Source: Candidatus Enterosoma sp.
GTDB taxonomy: Bacteria > Bacillota_I > Bacilli_A > RFN20 > CAG-288
Length of the DNA: 47,582 nucleotides
NCBI GenBank assembly: GCA_050874925.1
Contig: JBNMLQ010000003.1
Coordinates: forward strand, 1-47,582
Direction: 5' to 3'
Part shown: one piece after another, positions 30,512-40,204 of the stretch
Layout of the letters: each line of letters begins with the position of its first letter
How positions within the stretch are numbered: position 1 is the first letter of the stretch
Made by a program: the position numbers and the translations under genes
The notes under the pieces: generated by a model
The model's database searches: none
What the model saw: only the letters and a program-made list of their open reading frames with translations
Told to the model about the DNA's origin: nothing

Positions 30512-30812
30512 ACAACCAGAAGGATAAAGCAAAAGGTATCCAGGCTTCATTTTCTCGTAACATCCATATTTAGTGTCTGGAAATCATCTTCAGTGGTTGC
30601 TCTCACAATATTATTGACCTTAAAATAGCAAAATTAATCATCGGATTGTCTCAGGTTATCAACTTTTTGATTTTCATCTCGATTTTGAAGAGCTGAGCAA
30701 AAGCCTTCATGGGTGGTAAAAAGGTTGAGATGTATGATAAATGTCCTGCCAAACAAACATGGAAAGTCCTACATGACCAATTCCTGGTCTTTGGAAGAAC
30801 TGTTTTCTCAGC

Positions 30813-31862
30813 TTATTTATTCCTAAGATACTTGATGTTTCTTGCTGAACCGATTTTGATGATTTGCCTGCTCTTTACCATTCTGCCAAGTACTGCCTCG
30901 ATTGTCGTTGGACTTACGTCAGGAAGGATTTCACAAATCTCTTTTTTTGAAATAGGTGCAAGACTATTTAAAACTGTTGCTTCAATCCTCGCGGATTTTG
31001 AAATGCTGCCATCATTGATGACGGCAAATCTTTTATCCAATTCCTTATAGCACATATAAAGCGTTGATAAGAAATTCTCCATAAACGGAGAATAATTATT
31101 TTTGTTCTCATGCCAGCTTATGGATGATTGTCGTAATGCTTCGTAATAGCAGCTTTTATATTTGTTTATCTGTTCTTCGAAAGAAATATATTTGCCTGCG
31201 TCAAAGCCATTTTTATATAGCAGCAGAAGGGAAAGAAGTCTTGACATTCTTCCATTTCCATCTCGAAACGGGTGAATACATAAAAAGTCTAAAATCACGC
31301 ATGGGATAAGCAGCAGCTGATTTATTTCGGAATCGTTTGCTGCCGACATATATGCCAATACAAGCTGTTCCATCGCGTGCTTTGTTTCACTTGCTGGGGT
31401 AGGGGAAAACCGAATCCTTCTATTTCCGTGTGAATCTATTTCTATAATCGCATTGTCAAAATCCTTGTATCTACCGCCATATTCGTAACCAGTTTCAGAG
31501 AGTAATACTTCATGAAGATGTAGAATGTCCGACTCGTTAAAATCGATATACTGATTGTTGGTATGGATTTCATTCAATGCGTCGCGATAACCGGCGATTT
31601 CAGCTTCGTCATGGTTTAGAGGCGCACTGCTTTGTGTAACGATAGCCTTGATGCGCTCATCGCTCGTAACTATGCCCTCAATGGCGTTGGAGTTCTTTAC
31701 CGATTGAATCTTAGCTATTTTTTCAAGTTCCGTAAAAATTTTCAAATGGTCGGCCTTTCTTATGCTAGCCATTGTTTTCAACGAGTAAATGCTCATAGCC
31801 ATATTAAACGTTTTTGTCGAAACAGTGCCGTTTTTCAAGAAGGAATAATCAAATTTATGCAT
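30813..31862 (-). CDS. Fic family protein (class II-type) with C-terminal wHTH
   Basis: Canonical HPFRDGNGRMSR active site, N-terminal inhibitory motif SNAIEG, C-terminal ISKKEICEILPDVSPTTIE. Confidence 0.93.
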   Translation of the reverse strand: MHKFDYSFLKNGTVSTKTFNMAMSIYSLKTMASIRKADHLKIFTELEKIAKIQSVKNSNAIEGIVTSDERIKAIVTQSSAPLNHDEAEIAGYRDALNEIHTNNQYIDFNESDILHLHEVLLSETGYEYGGRYKDFDNAIIEIDSHGNRRIRFSPTPASETKHAMEQLVLAYMSAANDSEINQLLLIPCVILDFLCIHPFRDGNGRMSRLLSLLLLYKNGFDAGKYISFEEQINKYKSCYYEALRQSSISWHENKNNYSPFMENFLSTLYMCYKELDKRFAVINDGSISKSARIEATVLNSLAPISKKEICEILPDVSPTTIEAVLGRMVKSRQIIKIGSARNIKYLRNK

Positions 31863-32065
31863 AATGAGCCTCTTAATCTGCATATATTATAGCAAAAATA
31901 ATGCAGAAATTCATAAGGAATATGCATATTATTTTTTTGGTATCATGCAGATACTGGTTTTTTGAATCATGTACCATAAATTGCATGACCTTGTTCTTTT
32001 TTTTCTTGTGATGTCAATCGACTTTTAGGTGTGCCTTATGATATGGTGATGGCAGCGAGTCACAT

Positions 32066-32518
32066 CTATTGTAGATATGGATAATCTCTTGATTTGTCGA
32101 TGTATTTCGACATCTTATCATTCGGATTGGCAGGTACGACTTCTTTGTCGATTTTAGGGTCGTATTTTACAAAAGTATTACTGTCATCTACCCATATCAA
32201 TACCTTCTCAACTTCCCAAAAGGATTTGCCTTCGAATACCTTGGCACGGAGAAAACGATACAAAAGTTCGTCCATGGAGTTCCCTGTGATGTGGTATGAA
32301 TCATCATAGTTCATGACATCCCCTGTATCATCTAGCAGGTAGTCTGCCGTGTTAGTTGTCTTATCCAGTCTTCCTGCAAAGCGACGGATGAAAAAATGGC
32401 AGGAATTTTCCTTATCGTCATAGTATCCTTCGCACCAATAGACGTTGCCTTTGTAATAAAGACAAGATTCATTTTTCCATCCTGTGTTTAAGAAAATGTT
32501 GAGTATACCGTTAATCAT
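32066..32518 (-). CDS. Hypothetical acidic/aromatic protein (150 aa)
   Basis: RBS GGAGGT; FLRAKVFEGKSFWEVE..IWVD looks like a conserved motif; function unknown. Confidence 0.7.
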   Translation of the reverse strand: MINGILNIFLNTGWKNESCLYYKGNVYWCEGYYDDKENSCHFFIRRFAGRLDKTTNTADYLLDDTGDVMNYDDSYHITGNSMDELLYRFLRAKVFEGKSFWEVEKVLIWVDDSNTFVKYDPKIDKEVVPANPNDKMSKYIDKSRDYPYLQ

Positions 32519-32599
32519 GATAACCGACCTCCGTTAGGTAGATGTAATACTCCTTAATCAAATCAGGCGTTTTATGTCGATTTGTCTTGATAAAAATCC

Positions 32600-32815
32600 T
32601 TCAGATGGTATTCAGTCTGTATCTGCTTTGACGGTCTTGCAGCAGTTCCCAGACGACATTTGCCTTTTCTGCTGCCTTGCCTTCATAACCTTCAAGGCTA
32701 CTGATTTTTTAATACGGCATTCTCCGCTTTCAGCTGTTCGTTCTCTGATTTGAGTTGCTCGATTTCGTTTTCTGCCGTATCCGTGTTCTCTCTTTTCTCT
32801 GTTTCAGGCATCGTG
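32600..32815 (-). mobile_element. Degenerate IS3/IS150-family transposase remnant (OrfA C-terminus/OrfB N-terminus junction)
   Basis: EIEQLKSENEQLKAENAVLK leucine zipper ending in an A6 run, then shifted-frame VALKVMKARQQKR and KANVVWEL..YRLNTI; stops present and no DDE domain. Confidence 0.6.
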
Positions 32816-33013
32816 CTTTCCTCTTTCGCATTACACTCTACCTGATTCTCGAGAAGAATGGAATAGTTTCTGCATAGATTTGTTTTGTGGATTGCCATCA
32901 TCCATAGAAGTTTGATTGGTTTGGTATGATTTTTGTCATTCTTCCAATCAAATGAAAACTGCAGCAGGGGCAGCTGCTGCAGCCTTCAGAAAAGAAAAGA
33001 TTAAGAAAAAGGT

Positions 33014-35941
33014 TTATCGGACCTTTGTCTCCGTGTCAGGATTGTCCTTCTTATGGAATGTCAGGAACAATACGATCGCTCCATAGATGAGCATGCCACC
33101 GGCAAGGACACAGTCGATGACAATCATGAAGATTTTCCAGTCAGACATTCTATATCCCGTGATCTCGCTGTTGGTTGCACAGGAGTTGCATACGGTATAG
33201 AGAATGTTGTGTGTAGCATTGCGGATGGCAGTGACCTGTGTAGCGGAAGTGTCCTTGAGGCTTGGATTCTTGCCTTCCTGATTTAGGACCAGGTCGCCTC
33301 CGGCACGGATCATCTGATTCTGGTTCATATAGCGGGAGAGGTTATAGTCGGTGACGACTTCGCCACGGAATCCCCACTCTTTTCGCAAGATGCCGGTCAG
33401 GAGATTGTAGTTTCCTCCTGCCCAGACGGTTCCGATTCTGGTGAACGAAGACATCATGGCGGTAGTCTTGCCTTGCTTGACGATCATCTCAAACGGCTTG
33501 AGATAGATTTCTCTCATCGTCTGTTCGTCAAGCCAGTTGAGGCAGCCTTCGGTGTCGCGGTTTGTTTCCTGCTCGTTGATGGCAAAGTGCTTGACGAAAC
33601 AATAGACACCCTTGGACTTGGCTCCTTTGACGACTTCTGTTCCCATGATTCCGGAAAGATAGGGATCTTCGGAATAATATTCCCAGTTTCTTCCTCCAAA
33701 GGGTGAACGATGGACATTTACGGCCGGTGCATACCAGCCGGAATATGGAAGATGATCGCCCCTTTCGTTTCCGATGAGTCCTTCGTTTCCGATGAGGACA
33801 CCCATCCTGTTTGCGAGTTCCTTGTTCCATGTGGAGGCAAGGACTGTCTCGGCAGGATAGGAAGCGCATCCATAGACGGGCACGGTATCGCTCATGGCCA
33901 TGAAGGAAGTGAAGCCGCTTGGGCCGTCAGGCTCGTTGGTGACAGGCTTTCCGATGTTCTCGATGGCGATGGAGCCATAGGCGCCTTTTCCGATGAGCGT
34001 GCTCATCTGCTCGACGGTGAGCTGATCAAGGAGCTCATCCCATTTTTTGTCATCGTAGTCAAGACCGACTAGGTCAGCAAGTTTCAATGTCGGATTATCG
34101 ACGACCTTATCAGCCTGTGAAGGCATCTTGTCTTCGGATACCTGCCAAGGTTTTCCTTCGTCATTCTTGGAATATGTGAGGGAACTGATGAAGTCGGAAG
34201 TGACATTTCTTTCCTTATCCGTAGGAGTGGTAGGGAATGTATTATCCATATCATTTCTTTTCATGACGGATACTTTGGAAGAAACATCATCGAATAGGTT
34301 GGTGACTTTGGTTCCGGTCGTCGTATCGTTTTCAATACGGATGTCTTTACCTAGGGCAAAGTCTTTGTTTGCTTCAAAGACATGTGCATCATGTCCGATA
34401 TGAAGGGTGTAGTTACCCTTTTCAAGGATATAGCCTTTGTAATCACTGCTGTTTTTTCCTGAAAAGTCATAGGACTTCATGTCTTCCGCTTTGAGGGTGA
34501 GGGTCAGCGTCTCACTTTCATTCGGTGCAAGGAGCTTGGTCTTGGCAAAACTTCCAAGATTGACATAGCTCTTTTCGATGCCGCCTGCCGTATATGGTGC
34601 TGTGTAGTAGAGTTCGACGACATCCTTTCCAGATACGTTTCCTGTGTTCTTGACGGTGACGTGGACCTGGAACTCATGCTCGATGGAGTCAAAGGCAGTT
34701 TCACTAGGCCAGCTGACGCTCCATTCGAAGTTGGTGTAACTCAGTCCATATCCAAAGGGGAAGACGACATTCTTTTGATACCAGTCTTCACCTGCAGCGC
34801 CCATGTCGTGGGCCTTGGTCTCATAGTAACGATATCCGCTGTAGATACCTTCTTCATATTCGACGAAGCGGTATCCGGTATCGGCATTGTTGTTTAAATA
34901 GGCGTTTCCGTTTTCCTTGTTGTTGTTTCCGAAGTTTGGCCATGTGGGATCGTTCTTGAAATTCCGTACATAGGTGTCGACGGTGTGTCCGCTTGGATTG
35001 ACTTTTCCGGATAGAACCTCACCTAGGGCTGAAGCACCCTTCTGGGCGGGAAGTCCCATCCAAAGGCAAGCCTTGATCTTTGGCTGATAGGCATAATAGG
35101 TCGGGTCATCCAAGAAGCCGAGTTCGATGGTCTGGGCTGTGTTGAGGACGACGATGACGTCATCGAAGTTGTCACAGGCTTCCTTAAGCATGTCCGTCTC
35201 GTTTTGGTCAAGCTGCAGATAGTGGTCAGAGGCGTTTCTTGCTCCGTCGACTTTTGGAGAATCCTCCTTGAAGCCTGTCTTCATCGTCCTGGGAAGGTCA
35301 TATCCTTCGCCTCCGGAACGGGAGATGACGACGATGGCAGCATCATGGTATTTGGAGTAGGAGGAGCGAAGGCTTGCATCATAGGAGGAGATGGGAGTCT
35401 CACCTGTGATCATGCCAGAAAGGATGGTTCCCATGGCAGGGGCTTTGTCTCTTCCGTTTCCGCTCTTGCTGTTGTTCTTATAGAAGGCTTCCATGGTCGG
35501 ATTGACATCAAATCCGGCATTCCTAAGAGAATCGTAGATGCCGATGCTGGAATCCGTGCTTGTGGCGGAGGAACCAGATCCACCAAGGACAGGATTGACA
35601 GAATTCTTTCCGAAGACCGTGACACTCCGCTTTCCTTCTTTGAGTGGTAAAGTGTTGTCTTCGTTCTTTAAAAGGGTGATTCCTTCCCTGACGACGTCTT
35701 TTCCGAATTCTTCGGCAGCGGTCTTGGCTTCGGCTTTGCTTTCATAATCGGCAACATAGGTTCCCTTGTCTTCACCCTTGATGGCTTTATCTCCGCCAAA
35801 GGCGATGTCAAAGGTACCGGAAATCAAAGGGTTGAGTGTGATGACAAGGGATACGACGAGGGCTAAGACGAGGACGATGGGACAAATGATCATCCAGATT
35901 CTGGTCTTCTTGGTATGCCACATTTTCTTGAATAGGTTCAT
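33014..35941 (-). CDS. GH3 glycoside hydrolase (inverted domain order) with N- and C-terminal TM anchors
   Basis: EGITLLKNE, SRSGGEG, VNPSGHTVDT, FPFGYGLSYT, Fn3-like domain, DGPSG, GRNWEYYSEDP, KHFAIN, nucleophile VTDY. Confidence 0.95.
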   Translation of the reverse strand: MNLFKKMWHTKKTRIWMIICPIVLVLALVVSLVITLNPLISGTFDIAFGGDKAIKGEDKGTYVADYESKAEAKTAAEEFGKDVVREGITLLKNEDNTLPLKEGKRSVTVFGKNSVNPVLGGSGSSATSTDSSIGIYDSLRNAGFDVNPTMEAFYKNNSKSGNGRDKAPAMGTILSGMITGETPISSYDASLRSSYSKYHDAAIVVISRSGGEGYDLPRTMKTGFKEDSPKVDGARNASDHYLQLDQNETDMLKEACDNFDDVIVVLNTAQTIELGFLDDPTYYAYQPKIKACLWMGLPAQKGASALGEVLSGKVNPSGHTVDTYVRNFKNDPTWPNFGNNNKENGNAYLNNNADTGYRFVEYEEGIYSGYRYYETKAHDMGAAGEDWYQKNVVFPFGYGLSYTNFEWSVSWPSETAFDSIEHEFQVHVTVKNTGNVSGKDVVELYYTAPYTAGGIEKSYVNLGSFAKTKLLAPNESETLTLTLKAEDMKSYDFSGKNSSDYKGYILEKGNYTLHIGHDAHVFEANKDFALGKDIRIENDTTTGTKVTNLFDDVSSKVSVMKRNDMDNTFPTTPTDKERNVTSDFISSLTYSKNDEGKPWQVSEDKMPSQADKVVDNPTLKLADLVGLDYDDKKWDELLDQLTVEQMSTLIGKGAYGSIAIENIGKPVTNEPDGPSGFTSFMAMSDTVPVYGCASYPAETVLASTWNKELANRMGVLIGNEGLIGNERGDHLPYSGWYAPAVNVHRSPFGGRNWEYYSEDPYLSGIMGTEVVKGAKSKGVYCFVKHFAINEQETNRDTEGCLNWLDEQTMREIYLKPFEMIVKQGKTTAMMSSFTRIGTVWAGGNYNLLTGILRKEWGFRGEVVTDYNLSRYMNQNQMIRAGGDLVLNQEGKNPSLKDTSATQVTAIRNATHNILYTVCNSCATNSEITGYRMSDWKIFMIVIDCVLAGGMLIYGAIVLFLTFHKKDNPDTETKVR

Positions 35942-35996
35942 TTTACAGCTCCATTTTTATAAAGCGTCTGGAGTGATCCTCCAGACGCTGATCTGC

Positions 35997-36668
35997 TTAT
36001 TCTTCTTCAGGAAGGTTGGAAGTCTTCGGAGTCCAGCTCAGATTGGCTTCCGATGTGACCTTGACGTAGTCGAAGGTCGGACCGCCGGTCGAACCATTGA
36101 GGTATTCGTTATCCTGTGCGATGGTGACGATGAGGGTGTTTTCACCTTGAAGGAGGTTTGCCTTACCTGCAGGATAGGCACGATATCCTGTGGCATAGAG
36201 GGTGAAGTCGGCATAGTCCAGATTGGTACCGTTGAGGTTGACGGTCAAAGACTCATCGGTGAACTTCATGCCGGTTCCGATTTCGTTTCCAAGTCCGAGC
36301 ATGAAGGATGCTTCCTTGGCGCTGTCAGACTGGAAATTGTAGGTGAGGGCGAAACCTTTCCTGTGTGTGAAGGAAACGAAGTATCCTCCATGGGCATCCT
36401 TGGATGCCTGAATCATGTTCACACCACTGGAGGAACCGGAAATTCCTGCTCCGATGATGCCATCCAGGTTGGTGAGCTCGCTCTCCATGTAGAAGTCTTT
36501 GGTACCGCCTTGCTGAGTGGTGCTGCTTTCATCTTTCTTTTCGGATGAAGATGCGGAAGGCGTGTTGCTTGCGCTATCCTTCTTCGCTTCTGAGCTGGAT
36601 GCAGTGCCCTTGCATCCACAAAGAGCAGTCATAGACAACAAGACAAAGGTCAACAATTTCTTTTTCAT
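35997..36668 (-). CDS. Lipoprotein with Ser-rich linker and CBM6/CBM35-like beta-sandwich
   Basis: MKKK plus hydrophobic core and lipobox LCGC; FYMESE..AHGGYFV..NLLQGENTLIV..PTFDYVKV pattern. Confidence 0.72.
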   Translation of the reverse strand: MKKKLLTFVLLSMTALCGCKGTASSSEAKKDSASNTPSASSSEKKDESSTTQQGGTKDFYMESELTNLDGIIGAGISGSSSGVNMIQASKDAHGGYFVSFTHRKGFALTYNFQSDSAKEASFMLGLGNEIGTGMKFTDESLTVNLNGTNLDYADFTLYATGYRAYPAGKANLLQGENTLIVTIAQDNEYLNGSTGGPTFDYVKVTSEANLSWTPKTSNLPEEE

Positions 36669-36692
36669 TTTCTTTTCTCCTTCAATTCTGGA

Positions 36693-39600
36693 TTATTCTT
36701 CTCTCTTCTTCTTGAAGACGAGACCGAGAGCCAAGGCAGAGAGGCCTAAGACGGCAGAAGAAGCGGCGATGATGCTTCCTCCGCAGCCGGAAGACTTCTG
36801 ATTGGTGAGCTCTTCAATCTTCTTTTCAAGATCGGCAATCTTATCGGCATTACTCTTGTCACCGGAATCCTTTTCGGCCTTGAGGTCGGCAAGTTCCTTT
36901 TCAAGATCGGCGATGGTCTTTCCGGCTGCTTCGTTGACGACGAGGGTGATTTCCTGAATGCCATCTTCATAACCATCAGCGGAAGCGATGACCTTGAAGG
37001 TATACTTTCCAGCGGCCGTCGGAGTACCGGAGAGGACACCGGTCTTCTCATCGATGGTCAGTCCTGCAGGAACGTCTCCTTCCAAGGAATATTTGATTTC
37101 GGAGTAGACGGTCTTGGTATTCACTTCGGTGGCAAAGCTGACGCTATAGGCGGAACCGACGGTGGCAGAAGTGATTTCGGCATTCGGATTGATGACCTTG
37201 CTTCCATAAGGAACGTCCATGGCGTGGGAGTTGCAGACGGTGTAGAGGATGGCTTTGCAGGCTCTTCTCATGGCAGCGACCTGAGTCGGCTTATCATCAT
37301 GGTTGGAATCGTCAGAAGCCCATTTGCTGAGTCCGACGCTGTTGCCTGTGGAGTTGATGCCACTGGTCAACAGGCAGTCTCCGCCGGCACGGATCATTTG
37401 GTCGACGTTGAGGAAGCCGTAGATGCTGATGTCGGTGACGACATAGCCCTTGAATCCCCATTCGTCTCTCAGCGTGGTGGTAAGTAGGCTGTAGTCTCCG
37501 CCTGCCCAAGTGCTTCCGATTCTGGAGAAGCTGGACATGCAGGCACCTGCCTCACCTTTTTCGACGGCAATCTGGAATGGCTTGAGATAGATTTCACGGA
37601 GAGCCTGTTCGGTGACCCAGTAACCGGTTGCAGAATGTGCATCGCTGGAACCTCTGTATCCACTGATCTTCCATTTTCCATCGGCGCCGACGCTGATGCC
37701 GACACCGCCTCCGTCCTCGTGGAGGGCATAGTGCTTGATGAAGAGGAAGGCTCCCTTGGATTTGAGACCGAGGGACTGGTTGGCAGCCATCTCGCCGGTG
37801 AGGAGCGGATCTTCAGAAAAGTATTCAGTGATTCTTCCTTCAAACGGTGAACGATGGATGTTCATGCCTGGGGCATACCATCCGGTATAGGCATAGATTT
37901 TTCCACCGACATCGGTGTCTGTTCTGTCAGAGCATCCCCAGAGAGCCTGGTCTCCGACGACCTTGCCCATCTCATAGGCGAGTTCCTTGGAGAAGGTGGA
38001 GGCGATGACAGGCTCAGCAGCAAAGGAATTGAACTTCGAACCTGCGGTACCTGTACCTGTCCATCCTTTTGGACCATCGGTGTCGAGAGAATACGGCTTG
38101 CCGATATAGTCGATAGCCTGTGTACGGAAACCGGCGTTGGTGATGAGATCCTTCATTTCATCGAGGGTGAGCTCGTCAAGGAGGGCATCCCATTTCGGAT
38201 CGTCATAGTCAAGACCGACGAGGTCTTTGAGCATGACATCGGCTGTTGGCTTTGCGGCTCTGTCTTCGGCGGTCATGTATTTCGGCATCTTGTCGGTGTA
38301 CCAAGGGTCTGTGGTCTTGTCGCTGACCTGGTAGGCAAGAGCATCATACTCAGCTTGGGTGAGCTTGGCTTCGGCTTCGGTCTCTTCTTTCGGGAAGGTA
38401 CCGGCAAAGTTTGCTCTGGTGAAGGAACCGACATCATGTTTCTCGGCGGCTGTTTTGGTGACGTCATCAAAGGCATTGGTAATCTTGTTTCCGGTGACGG
38501 CTGTATCGGCCTTGGTAAGCTCGGCAAGATTGTAGGTGGCAGTAAGACTGTCGTCCTTGATGTCGTGAGCGCTGGTACGGAAGGAGAAGGTATAGTCACC
38601 CTTGTCGAGGACATAGGTCTTGGCGGCTGTGTAGTCATAGCTTGCCATGTCATTGACATCGACGGAGAGTCTCAGATATTCGGATTCGCCAGGATTCAGG
38701 AGGCCGGTCTTGGCAAAGTCACCTAAGACGATGGAACTCTTTTCAATCTTGTTGGTCTTGTCATAGTCTGTGTATGGAGCAGAGTAGTAGAGCTGGACGA
38801 CTTCCTTGCCTGCTCTATCTCCTTTGTTGGTGACTTTGACGACGAAATTGAGGGTGTTTCCGACCTTGATGGCATCGCTTGCCGGTTTCGAGACGATGCT
38901 CCATTCGAAATTGGTGTAGCTTAAGCCATAGCCGAATGGATAGGAGACCTGGGAATCATAGTCGAAGCCGCTGTAATTGCCCTTCTTTGCTTCATAATCG
39001 GCCGTTTCCCAATAACGATAGCCCACATAGATGCCTTCGTCATAGTCGCAGAAGTAGGAGTCGGCCGTTTCTTCGCCGTCATCCTTTTTTCCATTGTTGT
39101 TCTTATCAACCCAGTATCTCGGATTTCCGTTGATGGGGTCACCTTTGACGTTGATGTTGTTGTAGGAAGGATCCTTGGTGAAATCGGCAGCATAGGTGTC
39201 GACGAGATGACCGGATGGATTGACTTCGCCGTTGAGGATTTTTCCGACGGCAGTGAAGCCGTTGTCACCAGGCTGACCGATGACGAGGATGGCATCTACG
39301 CCGGTATCCTTCTTCAGCGTATCAAGTTCGACCGGAGTGGAATTGTTGATGAGGACGATGACCTTGTCAAAATGAGCCTTGGCTTCATCGATGAGATCAT
39401 ACTGTTCCTTGTCGAACTGAAGGGAATGGGTTCTCTTGGCATCCGTTCCGCTGCTTAAGACGATGATGGCAGCATCAGAATAATGACCGAAGGAAGCTTC
39501 CAATTTGCTCTTGCTGTCTACCTTCTTGAACATCTCGTTGTAGAGAGAAATGTCGTTGGAATAAAGCGCATTGCCCTTGTCATCCGTTTTTGCAAGAAGT

Positions 39601-40031
39601 TCCTCGTAGGCATTTTTGACGACCGGATTGACCATAAAGCCGGCATCTTCAAGGGAAGAATATAAGTCAGCCGTGAGCTTGACCTTGCCTGCAGAAGCGT
39701 CACCTGTGGAGTCGGCACCGCCCTGTGGCCTGGCTCCCCTGTAACCTAAGAGTGTGACTCTTCCGCCTGCTGTGCCCTTTTTCGAAGAAAGCGGGAGTGC
39801 GTTGTTGTCGTTCTTCAGAAGAACCATGCCTTCTTCGGAAATCTGTTCGTTGACCTTGAGTCCTGCTTCCAAGGCTTCTTCCTTGGAAGAATAATCGGAC
39901 TTATAAGTCCTTTCGCTGCTGTCGTTTGCTTTCAACAGCTTCCCTCCGGCCTGGAACCCCTGGCTTTGACCGAGCGTGAAAACGGTCGCTGCCATTGCCA
40001 ACACTGCTAATGAGACGATACTTTTTTTCAT
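36693..40031 (-). CDS. Secreted GH3 glycoside hydrolase with Ig-like domain, coiled coil and C-terminal membrane anchor
   Basis: Signal peptide, EGMVLLKND, YPFGYGLSYT, DGPKG, EYFSEDP, KHYA, VTDI, VPAGLTID..GVLSGTPT, tail GCGG-TM-KKKREE. Confidence 0.95.
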   Translation of the reverse strand: MKKSIVSLAVLAMAATVFTLGQSQGFQAGGKLLKANDSSERTYKSDYSSKEEALEAGLKVNEQISEEGMVLLKNDNNALPLSSKKGTAGGRVTLLGYRGARPQGGADSTGDASAGKVKLTADLYSSLEDAGFMVNPVVKNAYEELLAKTDDKGNALYSNDISLYNEMFKKVDSKSKLEASFGHYSDAAIIVLSSGTDAKRTHSLQFDKEQYDLIDEAKAHFDKVIVLINNSTPVELDTLKKDTGVDAILVIGQPGDNGFTAVGKILNGEVNPSGHLVDTYAADFTKDPSYNNINVKGDPINGNPRYWVDKNNNGKKDDGEETADSYFCDYDEGIYVGYRYWETADYEAKKGNYSGFDYDSQVSYPFGYGLSYTNFEWSIVSKPASDAIKVGNTLNFVVKVTNKGDRAGKEVVQLYYSAPYTDYDKTNKIEKSSIVLGDFAKTGLLNPGESEYLRLSVDVNDMASYDYTAAKTYVLDKGDYTFSFRTSAHDIKDDSLTATYNLAELTKADTAVTGNKITNAFDDVTKTAAEKHDVGSFTRANFAGTFPKEETEAEAKLTQAEYDALAYQVSDKTTDPWYTDKMPKYMTAEDRAAKPTADVMLKDLVGLDYDDPKWDALLDELTLDEMKDLITNAGFRTQAIDYIGKPYSLDTDGPKGWTGTGTAGSKFNSFAAEPVIASTFSKELAYEMGKVVGDQALWGCSDRTDTDVGGKIYAYTGWYAPGMNIHRSPFEGRITEYFSEDPLLTGEMAANQSLGLKSKGAFLFIKHYALHEDGGGVGISVGADGKWKISGYRGSSDAHSATGYWVTEQALREIYLKPFQIAVEKGEAGACMSSFSRIGSTWAGGDYSLLTTTLRDEWGFKGYVVTDISIYGFLNVDQMIRAGGDCLLTSGINSTGNSVGLSKWASDDSNHDDKPTQVAAMRRACKAILYTVCNSHAMDVPYGSKVINPNAEITSATVGSAYSVSFATEVNTKTVYSEIKYSLEGDVPAGLTIDEKTGVLSGTPTAAGKYTFKVIASADGYEDGIQEITLVVNEAAGKTIADLEKELADLKAEKDSGDKSNADKIADLEKKIEELTNQKSSGCGGSIIAASSAVLGLSALALGLVFKKKREE

Positions 40032-40112
40032 GTGGTATGAAATCCTTTCTTTATCTGCTGCGTCTTTTTTTGAAAATGGAATTTTAGGGCTTTCAATTCC
40101 GTGTTTTTCAAA

Positions 40113-40199
40113 GTGAAACGCTTACATCCTTTATATATGAAAAAAGGCCACGGATGCAATTCCGTGGCAAAATCCGTATCTTAACAGGCAAAGTCGGTT
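40113..40199 (-). promoter_or_regulatory. GH3 operon promoter: LytTR-type direct repeat pair plus cre/LacI-like site
   Basis: + strand TGGCAAAATCCGTA (40165) and AGGCAAAGTCGGTT (40186), 21-bp period; TGTAAGCGTTTCAC on the - strand at 40126-40113. Confidence 0.72.
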
Positions 40200-40204
40200 G
40201 CCTT

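Noticed and set aside
30472-30516. GTTGTG...CACAAC segment resembling the ends of a type VI-B or II-C CRISPR repeat near the dual-HEPN gene
   Set aside because: Single copy, 45 nt, with no second repeat or spacer found by eye. Better explained as part of the hairpin or micro-ORF. No CRISPR array is called in this window.
32698-32901. 67-aa ORF as an independent coiled-coil gene
   Set aside because: Better explained as an IS3-family OrfA C-terminal remnant.
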